The notes under the pieces are model-generated. The model was not told where the DNA came from, searched no databases, and saw only the letters and a program-made list of their open reading frames with translations. A stretch of DNA of 31,410 nucleotides from assembly GCA_000388065.2 (NCBI GenBank), contig KB932201.1, one strand, 5' to 3'. This document shows positions 12,201-21,879 of the stretch, piece after piece. Made by a program: the position numbers and the translations under genes. Source of the DNA: Fonticula alba ATCC 38817 (taxonomy: Eukaryota > Protista > Nucleariida). Each line of letters opens with the position of its first letter. Positions within the stretch are counted from its first letter, which is position 1.

Positions 12201-12891
12201 ACCGGAGGCGGCGGGCTGGCCGCCTTGCGCGGGGGCTCAACAGGCAGGGCCTGGTGGGGCTCATACAGCAGCGGTGGGTCCTGTCGACGGGCCAGTGTCA
12301 GCCGAGGGCGAGGGGCAATAGGAGAGGGAGAAAGAAGGGGAGAATGAGCGCACGCGCGACAGCCTCGGAATGTCGATCAGCGAGGTCAGGTAGCGAATGG
12401 AACTAGAGCTCTCGTAGAACTTGTGCAAGCTCGCGTGCTGCTCGGAAAACTTGTCGCGGAGCTCGGTGTACACCGAGATGTCGGACACCACTGGCAGAGG
12501 GATGCGGTGGCAAAGGAGGGGGGGAGGAGGAGAGAGGGAGAGAGAGAGAGAGAGAGCCGTCACAGTGGTGAGCAAGGAAAAAAAGAGACAGAGAGAAAGA
12601 GAGAGAGAGGGAGAGAGGGAGAAGGGAAGAGGAGAGGACGCAAGGCAAACGCACTGGCATGCATGGCACGGAGCATCGACATCAGGAACTGGTAGATGCC
12701 CCAGCTCTCCTCGATCAGTGGCACCAGCGAGGAGATGCGGCACTCATTGGCGACGCCCGTCTTGAAGGAGTTGAACACTGGAGGGGCGGTTGGCACAGGG
12801 CGCTCACGGGGTGTCAGAGGGCGGCCAGATCCCTGATGGGAGTGGAACAAGCGGACAGGGAGAGGGATGGGGGCGCCCGTGACGGATGGCC

Positions 12892-12926
<35 letters not shown>

Positions 12927-13826
12927 CCGCACCAATGCCGACCAGGATGAGCACGTCACCCTGCAGCTTAAAGAGATCCAACACGGTCTGGTACGCCTCA
13001 TTTGGCTCGTGGGCCTTGCGCAGGGACACATAATCCGCGTAGGACATGTTTGGCGAGAACTCCGGGTGCACCTGATGGAAGGCCAGCTTCAGGATGAGGA
13101 AGTGGTTGTAGGCCGCGATCAGGCGCTGGTAGCCTGTCACAAGGGGGCATTTGGAGGACACAGTGGTTAGGTCGAGTATTTGGATGCAGGGGGGGGGGGG
13201 GGGGGGAGATGGCGGATGGGGGGCCAGCAAGGCCGTACCACGAGCACCCGAGCGCATCGGCTGGTTGACCAGGGACTTGAGGAAGTTCACCTCGCGGAAG
13301 GCACTCTTGAGGAACTGTGCGAATGTGTCAGTCGCCTTTCTCGACGCAGGGAGAGAAGACAGGGGCGGAGAGAGGGAGAGAGGAGGCCAGGGGCTGGCGG
13401 GCGGAAGAACGCAGAGAGAGAGAGGGGGGGAGGGAGAGAGAAGAGCATTCACCCGAGGGAGGAGCGCTCCGGCGTACATCAACATTGCAATCGCGGATGA
13501 CCTTGTGCAGTGTGAGCAGGCCCTTGTAGCAGACAACCTCGTCCGTGTGGAGGTTCTGCTGCTTGAAGGCGTTCCAGAAGGTGGCATAAGCGTTCGGCAC
13601 GCCCTGCATGTTGTAGATGATCAGGGCTGCCATGGCCGCAGGCAACGCGCGGGGAGGCCCGAAAGGAGGAGCGTAAGTGGCCAATGAGGCGATCCGAGAA
13701 GCTGGCGCAGGGCTCAAAACAGCATATGCACGCACCGCGGACGTGCTTGGGTTTGGGGGCAGTCTCATCATGGCTAAGAGCCTTGGCCATGTGCTGCATC
13801 ATATCGCGCTCAGTGATGACGGACAT
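9229..13826 (-). CDS. SLA2: Sla2/End4/HIP1R-family endocytic actin-clathrin adaptor (ANTH, coiled coil, THATCH/I-LWEQ), 1047 aa
   Basis: 11 exons: 13826-13736, 13626-13478, 13314-13239, 13133-12933, 12777-12655, 12490-12354, 12280-11989, 11817-11480, 11353-10054, 9840-9773, 9597-9229. Total 3144 nt with all phases consistent. ANTH motifs: DETAPKPKHVRALIIY, ECRISSLVPLIEESWGIYQFLMSMLRAMH, RYLTSLIDIPRL. I/LWEQ motifs: QEEIVAKGRG, FYRKNHRWTEGLVSAA, QVAASTAQLVAASRVK, QVKILSLEKALEDARRELADLRK. Confidence 0.96.
12898..12924 (+). repeat. (AG)n microsatellite in SLA2 intron 4 (reads (CT)n on the sense strand)
   Basis: Uninterrupted ga dinucleotide run. Confidence 0.9.
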
Positions 13827-15242
13827 GGCGGCGAGGGAGGTGGGAGGGGGATTAACTACCTCCGAGTGCGCAATACGTGAAGGAAAGACAGGTGGCGGGG
13901 GCACAAAAAGGATGGGTAGGGGGATGGGAAGGAGGGACTGGGGGGGGGGGGGAGGGGGCGAGGGAGGGGCATGCAATATCGATCGCCCCGATCGGGGGGA
14001 GATGCCTCGAAGTGCAGACACTTAACATGATGCTCCCGCGCGGGGGGAGGGGGCAGCAACACAACCACCGCATGGCTGGGTGGTGGTGGCTGTGGTGGGG
14101 CGCCCGGAGGCCGCCAGATGGGGGAAAATCGAACACAAGGCCGGGATCACCCTCGAACCAACGAATGAACGAACGAACGAACGATCCAGGCGCACACGCA
14201 GTTGCAAGCGGGCGAAGGGCCATTCCGGCGATCGCCCCCATTGCCCCCCCCCCCCCCCCCACGGCCCAGGACAAACATGGCCCACGATTGAGCCCAACCC
14301 TGCCCTGTGGGCTAGCTGGGCATCGGGCCGAGGTTTGAACAGCCAGCAAACGGATGTCAAATATGAGGGCGTGATTTTGAAATAGTCACACGGAAGAGGC
14401 ATGGTCACGCGCGTCCGTTTCTTTCCCACCCCCCCCCCCAACACACACACACACACGCGCACGCGCATTGCCGAATCAACCATCGTCCACGGCCGAAGCT
14501 GGCCGGTCCGGCGGCCGGTCGGCGCAAGCACACTGGGATCCAGGAGGGTCGCTCCGAGTGTGGCGCGGCCGGGGCAACCGTCATCCACCTGCCCCCACTC
14601 TCCCTACCCCCCCCCCCTCCCTACCACGGTCAGGCAAAGAGCCCCGCGAGAACTGGCCTGGGCCTGTTTCGCGCGTCGGCCATATTGTGACAGGGAATTC
14701 CTCGACCCCACACACACACACACGCACACACACATACACACCCACAGAGCCGTAATGTGCGTACAGCCGGAAGCCGGCAAACACCAGCGCCATGGATCGC
14801 GCGCCAGGGCCAGGCCCGGAAGGAGGAGGCCCGCATTCCCGCGGCCCAAAGCCGCGGAAACCGGGGAGCAAGGCCCTCGCCACGGTTGCATCGATCTCAG
14901 TCCCATCCCGGGCCTCGGGGGGGGGGGGGGGGGGGGGGGGCAGCGCGGCCGAACCGGAAGACAGCATATGCCCATCCCCGAGCCGCTAGACGCCGGTAGA
15001 CCCCGCGCCCGGCCGCTATCTCGGTTAGATTGGCCAAACGGGCACGCGCATGCCCGGGCCCCCGCGACAGAGGAGGGGCCCTTCCCGCGGATGCAGACGA
15101 AGACGCGGGAACGCCCGCACCCCCCGGCGGAATGCGAAGGCCCGGCGGGGATGCCTCTGTGGTCACGGTCGGACGCGTGATCAGCTCCTGACGGGCGCGT
15201 GCCGCCCTGTAGTGGAATCCCCATGTAAACGATAGATGAAGC

Positions 15243-15322
15243 AACACGTGAGCCCAATTGCCACACGTGTTACATCGTGGGAATGATAGCATCCCAGAAC
15301 AGCATTCCTCGGAGAGGAATGC
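15243..15322. promoter_or_regulatory. Candidate LTR enhancer cluster: 2x CACGTG, CCAAT, 3x CATTCC/GGAATG
   Basis: CACGTG at 15245-15250 and 15264-15269, CCAAT at 15254-15258, GGAATG at 15280-15285, and the perfect inverted repeat GCATTCCTC-gga-GAGGAATGC at 15302-15322. Function is inferred from motif match only. Confidence 0.4.
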
Positions 15323-15367
15323 GGGGTAGAACAACAGCCAGGTGGCCGCCGAGGCCGAGCGGCATAA

Positions 15368-15632
15368 NNNNNNNNNNNNNNNNNNNNNNNNNNNNNNNNN
15401 NNNNNNNNNNNNNNNNNNNNNNNNNNNNNNNNNNNNNNNNNNNNNNNNNNNNNNNNNNNNNNNNNNNNNNNNNNNNNNNNNNNNNNNNNNNNNNNNNNNN
15501 NNNNNNNNNNNNNNNNNNNNNNNNNNNNNNNNNNNNNNNNNNNNNNNNNNNNNNNNNNNNNNNNNNNNNNNNNNNNNNNNNNNNNNNNNNNNNNNNNNNN
15601 NNNNNNNNNNNNNNNNNNNNNNNNNNNNNNNN
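15368..15632. other. Assembly gap (N run) inside the LTR-like element
   Basis: Run of n not bordered by homopolymers, consistent with a repeat-induced assembly break. Confidence 0.98.
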
Positions 15633-16383
15633 CAACCCCTGACCGAGCCCAAAGGTCAAAAAGGGGGACTCTCGTTGAGAGCCTCCTGAGAGCGAAAGCC
15701 TTAGCAGCTGTGTGTCGAAGAGTATACGGAAGTATAGCCGAAGCACCAGTTAGGCCTACGAACACCTGTTCTAAGGCTTCCTCTCGAACCCTTTTTAACA
15801 TCCGAGTTCTTTTCTATTTTCGCTTGCCACTAACTCGTCTCAAGCCGAGTTACTGACTCATCTGGTAACAGACGACCGTGAACCGCTGGTTGGTATGTCC
15901 CCTCCTTCATGCTAAGAGGTTACTAACCGGGTGGCAGATCACACTGGTACCCTTCGTCAAGCCTCACTCACTTGACTTAGGCTTAACCCGTGTGAACCCT
16001 GCTACACGCCCCGCGCCCGAAGGTGACCAGGGCAGGGCCATCCATTGGCATTCGATCGACATCGGAGCCCGACATCTGGCCCTCCGTGGGGGGGCGGGAG
16101 GCAGGACAGTCTTGCATCGCGTCCGTGTTAGCTCCCGCTCATGGGGCCTCTTTTTTGAAGGGGGATAGCCCCCGGCGCCTGACGGCACTCAGGAGGCGGA
16201 CTGTCATCAACACCCACACACGCATCTCTCCTCCTTTCTCCTCTTCTCTCTTCCTCCTTTCCCCCCCTCCCCCTCTCCCGCCCCTCCTCTCTGTCAGTAC
16301 TCCCCTCTTGTCTTTAATTCCTCCCCCTGCCTGGCGGATCGCTGCTCGCCCTGTGGGAAAGCACACGCCGACACCCACCTGCC

Positions 16384-18311
16384 ATGTCATCCACGGCGCC
16401 ACTGTTCGCCCCGCTGGACGGTGACCGTGCGGCCGAGGCGCCTCTCCCCGACTCGCTGGCTGACCGCGAGTCGGTGCGCAAGCTGCTGGCCATACTGGAC
16501 CAGGCAGTGGCCGGCTGTGACGGCGCTCTGGAGGCCACCCTCAAACAAGCCACCCGGGACCCGCTGTCGACCTCGGTCACGGCGAGCAGCGCATCGGCTG
16601 GCGGATCGAAGCTCTTCGGGCAGGCCATCGGCCGGGACCTGGACGCCATCTCCGCCGGCAATGTCCTGTCCCTGGGCGCACGGACGCTCACCCGTGCCAG
16701 GTGCGGCCCCCTGCCTCAAGTACCCTCGCGCCCCGCTCGCACCCGACCCCATACTCACCCTCCTTCCGGGGGATGGCGGGACACACAAATCCCCCCTCCG
16801 GCCCGGGGCAACAGCTCGCGCCTGGAGTCGCTCCTGGACTCGGATGCCCCGCGGTTGGTGAACCTGTTGGACGCCAGCGCCACCTTGGCGGAAGGGGTTA
16901 GCGCCAATGTGCGCGAGCTCGACGCCAAGCAGGTACGTCCTCTGCCCGTCTGTCCCGACGCTCGTGCACTCCTCCTCATCCTGCACCGGGCCTGTCCTGA
17001 CCCTGGCCCTTCCTCCCTCATGCCCTGGGTGTTTGTTGACTCCGGCCTCCGGCCTTCAGGCCCGCGTCCAAGCGGCCCTCGAGCGCGTGGACATCCTGCT
17101 GGACATCCAGGTATGCAAGCCAGCCCGCCCTCCTGCCTCTGGCTCTTGACCCGGGTACTGATCTGTGTTCTGTCGGTGGGGGGATGGTGGCGAAACTGGA
17201 AAAAAAAAAGAACACCATGAGTTTCCTGTGCGACGCCCTCAAAAATGACAACCCCGCCACGGCCAGCATCTACGTCAGCCAGCTGATGAGCTGGCGCGTG
17301 CGTGGCCAGGCGCTGGCCCTGGGCCAGGGCCCGGTGGGCTCGGGCCGCTCGACGCGCACCGGCCTGGCCCCCCTTGGCGATGGCTCGCCCATGATCCAAT
17401 CGGCCGCGGCCTTTCTCTCCTCGTCCAACGCCGGGGCCGCATCTCACGCCCTGGCGGCCACCAGTGCCTTGGATGCCCTTCAAAGCATGGCTCTTGGTCG
17501 GCCGGAGTCCGTGCAGGCGGCGCGCTTGCATTTGGCCGCCGGGCCAGCCCCGGGCCAGTGCGCGGTGGCTTGGCTGCTGATGGTTCGCCACTGGCTGGCC
17601 TGCACCAGCTGGGCGGAATTTCGCCGGAACTGTCCCTCCTTCCGGGCCGTGTGCGCCGCCCTCGGGGTCACCCTGGCACATGCCCAATCTCTGGCCGCCC
17701 GGCAGGCCCTGCTGGCGACGACGTCCCCGCGTGCCGGCCGCCCGGGCGCCGCCTCGCGCTCTGACCCGCCCCTCGGGGCGGCCGACTTGGCCGCCGAGTA
17801 CATCCGCGTGCTGTCGCACTTCGATCGGGTGTACCGCTTCCAGGAGGCGGCCTTTTTGGAGGCCGAAAAGTCGACACACCCGCTGCTCGGGGACTTCGAG
17901 CGCGAGCGTGCCGCCATCAAGTGCCTCTCTTCGCTTGGAGGGTATGACGCCCGCAGGGCGGTGCAGGCATTTGCCCTGTCGGTCGGCGGCCGGGTCGCCT
18001 GCTTGCCGGCCGTGGCATCGCTCATCTCCAACCCCGGGGATACGCTCCTGCCGTCCGGCGGCTCGGGCGTCACCACCACCGGTGCCACCGGGCCAGGCCA
18101 TGTCAGCGAGAAGATCACCCGCGCTCTGGAGGAGGTGGCCCAGTTCCTGGACGCCGCGGTCCCCTGGACCGAGTCCCATCTGTCCAGCGGGCTGATTGGC
18201 TCGGGGGTGTGGATTTGCTGCGACTTCACCCAGCGCGTGGTGGACTTCGCCGCCACGCAGGCCTTCCATCTGTTGCAAACGGCCTATCAAAACCCACTGG
18301 ACATCGACGGG

Positions 18312-18359
<48 letters not shown>

Positions 18360-21300
18360 CTGGACACTGCGGCCTGCACCTGTGCCCCCTGCCCCTCTCG
18401 CTCCCTCTGTTTCCTTCCGGCCATCGCCCTCCCCTTCTTGTCTCTGGCCTTTTCGCGCCCTCGCGCCCTGCTCGCTCTCTAACTGGAGGCCGCCTCGATC
18501 TGTTCAACCTCAGACTTCGGCTCGTACCTTGGACCAGCACTCCTCGGCGGTGGCTGCCTGCCTGCGACCCATTCGCCTGTATCAACGGTTCCTGGAACGC
18601 ACGCTCGGCGGGTCCTATAGCTCGCTGCAGTCCGCACACCAGGAGTTCCAGGCCTGGATCAACAGCCAGCCCGGTGACGAGGATTCAGCAGCCTCGGGTG
18701 CTGATCCTTGGGACATGGTCAAATCCCCGGGGCTCGGCCTGACCGACCCTGACCCCGGTGAGGCAGCCGGCCGGGCATCGATCGATCGACGTGAGGCTCC
18801 TGGCCACCTGCCAGGCAGCCTGCCCGACGAACTGGCCCTCTTCGAGGTGGAGGAGCTGGTCCAGGGGCAACCACTGCCACGGATGCTGGCTGTGGCCGGG
18901 CTCCCGGCCAGCCGGGTCTGCCCGTTGGAGCGCCTGCACCCGTCCTCTCGAGGCCCCGGCGCTGCCATGGGGCCCGGGCCGGATGGGCGCCGAGCTGAGG
19001 CCTGCTTGTGTGTCCTCGGCGCCGAGCAGCTGGCTGCACGCCTGCAACAGCCGCCGCCCCAGCAGCCGGCCCTGGCTCCCGGCTACCAGGCCCTCTTCGG
19101 CCGGCAACTGGATGATCTCTTCCCTCTGGGCCATGGGGTTCACAAGTCCCTGAGCGCCGGGAGCTTGGCGCGCTTCCTTCGCCGAGCCATCGGCCTGGCC
19201 CGGCTGCCCATCGCCAATCTCTACATCCAACGGGAGCAGGCATACCTGGCTCGGGGCCTGGCGGCGGCGGTGCGCTTGGACCCCCTCTTCGCGGCGCAGA
19301 TCGGCTCGTCGGCCTCCGCCAGTGCGGCGGCGGTGGCTGCTTCGTCCTCCTCGTCGGCCGCTGTGGCCGCTGTGGCTGCCATGGCCGGCCACTCCGGCTC
19401 CTCGGCCTCCTCCACGTCCACCCTGTCTTTGAGTCACTTTGGTGCGGGGATCTCCCTTGCCGGGGCCATGGGATCCGCCGGCGGGTCGGTGGCCGACGAT
19501 CCGACCGAGATTTCGGTCCCCTCGCCGACCAATGACGCGGCGGCCCTGGCCACCATCTTGGCCTCGGAGGCGCAATTCCTCGGAGGCGGGGCCGGCTCCG
19601 GCGCCAGCGCCAGTGCCCCGCGGTCTCCGTCGACTCGGACCCCGGGCCATGGGGCCCCTTCGGCGCCGGGCGCCGGGCCTCGGCGGGCCCTGGCCACCGG
19701 GTATTTTGCGGCGCTCTTCGGCGGCCCGGCGGCCGGTACTGCGGCCGATCCACTGCCCGGGCATCCGGCCGGCGATGCCCTGCACAATCCCACCCGCTAC
19801 CACTCCCCCTCGGTGGATGATGCCTTCTATGTCCTGCAAACGGCCCTGCGCCGCGCCATCCGCATGACGCGTCACACCGATGCCTCCGGGGCGGTGATTC
19901 TATCGGCGGCCGAGGCCCTTGAGGCGCCGGCCATCTCGGCGGGCATCACGGCCCCCTCCTCCCTGCCCGGAGGAACTGCCTCGACGGCCGCCTCCAGCGC
20001 CAGCTTCGTGACTGCCCTGCACTCGGCCACCAACAGTGCTCTGGCGCGCGCCAGTGCCCTGGCCCGGGCCGTGCCCTCGGCCACGGCGGCTCCCTGCCAG
20101 CAAACCAAGTGCTCACTGTCCGACGTGTCGCAGTCGCTGCTTGCCGAGACCGGGCTCTCTTCGCGCATGCCCGGTGGTGGCCTCATGGTTTGGGCGATGG
20201 TAAGTCCGGGAGATCCCAAAACACGACGGGGCTGGGCGGGATGGGGGGGGGGGGGGGGGGGGGGGCGGGGAGACCCGGCAAGGGAACTCGTGTTATCCCC
20301 CCCGCGCGCGCGCGCGTGTGTGCGCCTGCATCACTAACGATACCGTGCCCCCCTTTTCGAGCAGCTGGTCATCAACAACATCCACCTGTCGGCGCAGTAC
20401 ACCGAGCGCCTGCGTGGCGAAGTGGCACACTATGTCAGCGAGAGCTTCCCAGTCAATGTGCCAGCCGCCGCCGAGGCTGACCTGGCCCTGAGCACGCACG
20501 TTGGGTCCCTCAGCGAGAACCAGATGGAACGCGAGAAGATCGAGCAGTGCCTTGTTAGCCTGGACCCACGGCCCATTGTCCGGTCGGTGGATGTGCGTGT
20601 CCTCTTCCCTGTCCCCCTCCCCCTCCCTCTGAGACATACACACACACATACACATACACGCACGCACACCTATTCCCTCGCACCAAATGAGCTCTTGTTT
20701 TGTGTCCTGACCGGATGCTTGCGTGTTCATCGCATCCCATCGCTCCCGAAGGACCTGCTCCTGCGCTTGACTCGTGCCTCGCAGGCTGAGAAGCGCCTCT
20801 CCCGCCTGATCCGCTACTCGGCCTCCTACTCGCTGGTGTCGATCCTGGCCGCCGGCGTGCCGACTACCCCATCGGATTCGCCGATCCTCGGCTCACGCGA
20901 CTCCTATGACAGTCCGCACATGTTTGATGAGACCAGCGACTTTGGCTTTGCCCGAAGCGTCTGCGATTCGGTGGCCCACATCGCGGAGTTCTTCAAGGTA
21001 CCTCTCCCCGCGCCTGGCATCTGTGCCACCTGGCTGCCGCTGTGCTGGCACTCACGCTGACTGTCACTCTCTAATAACCACGACGACGAAATAAATACCA
21101 AAGAACAACATAACTCAGCACTAACGCAAGACGAAACGATGATCACAAAGACTAACAAACAAATCACCTCACCGAACATTAAAATCCTCGCAGCACGTGC
21201 ACTTGTGTCTAGCGCCAATCATTTCGCGCGCCATCGAGTCGATCCTCGAGCCGGAGGTGGCTTTCTCCACGGTGGCCGCGCTGAACCGCCATCTCGAGGC

Positions 21301-21649
21301 GTCGCAGCGCCTGCACCTTCGATGGGGGTCCTTTTCCCCGGAAATTGGCTGGACCCCTGGCTCGGCCGTGCGCATGGCCGGGTCCCTGGACCAGGTGGAC
21401 AATTTCCTCCACTCCATTGCACCGCCCTCCGGTGCCTTGGGCTGGGCCGGTGGCGCGGACTCCGACGCCCTGCATGACCTCGGCTCTAGCCATCTATCCC
21501 GGCCGAAGCGCATTGTCCGCATCCTCGAATGCTCCACCCTCAAGGAGGCTCGCTACATCGGCCAGGCATCTGCCCCCTCGATTGACGCGTCGAAGCGCGA
21601 GTCTGGCCTGGACATCGAGCGTGTGTGGAGCTGGGTGTCGCGTGTGTGA
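16384..21649 (+). CDS. COG4: Conserved oligomeric Golgi complex subunit 4 (divergent, expanded), 1400 aa
   Basis: 8 exons: 16384-16700, 16815-16932, 17060-17110, 17211-18311, 18514-20199, 20365-20592, 20752-20997, 21194-21649. Total 4203 nt with phases consistent. The N-terminal LAEGVSANVRELDAKQARVQAALERVDILLDIQ...DALKNDNPATASIYVSQLM matches the COG4 LAE.VS.KVR.LD...RV pattern. LVINNIHLSAQYTERLRGEV and the C-terminal RPKRIVRILECSTLKE resemble COG4 C-terminal helices. Recognition is by eye. Confidence 0.78.
18316..18356 (+). repeat. (GT)20 microsatellite directly after the COG4 intron 4 donor
   Basis: Uninterrupted gt run. Confidence 0.95.
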
Positions 21650-21879
21650 ATTGCTGCCAATCACCACGCCTCGTGCTCCATGTGTACGCTACCCAAATCA
21701 CGCCAACACGAAGCAAGTATCTCAAGTATAGTGGGAGGGGGGGGGAGGAGCGCCGGGCAGCGCACAAGGGAAGAAGTGGGAGGTGATGAAGAGAGGGAGG
21801 GAGAGAAGAGGGGTGAGTGCCCAGCCACAAGGAGGGGGGGGGGGGGGAGAGGGAAGGATAGGCATCCCCATCCACCATG

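Larger units (their letters stand above)
15208..16006. mobile_element. LTR-retrotransposon-like element (solo LTR, or collapsed full element) with 5-bp TSD
   Basis: Begins TGTAG (15208) and ends CTACA (16006), a 5-bp terminal inverted repeat with canonical TG...CA ends. Flanked by identical CGCCC at 15203-15207 and 16007-16011. Visibly less GC-rich than its flanks. The interior is interrupted by the N gap at 15368-15632. Confidence 0.82.

Noticed and set aside
14340-14400. AT-richer patch as a possible snoRNA or tRNA
   Set aside because: No paired C/D boxes, H/ACA hairpins or cloverleaf were found; more likely core promoter sequence.
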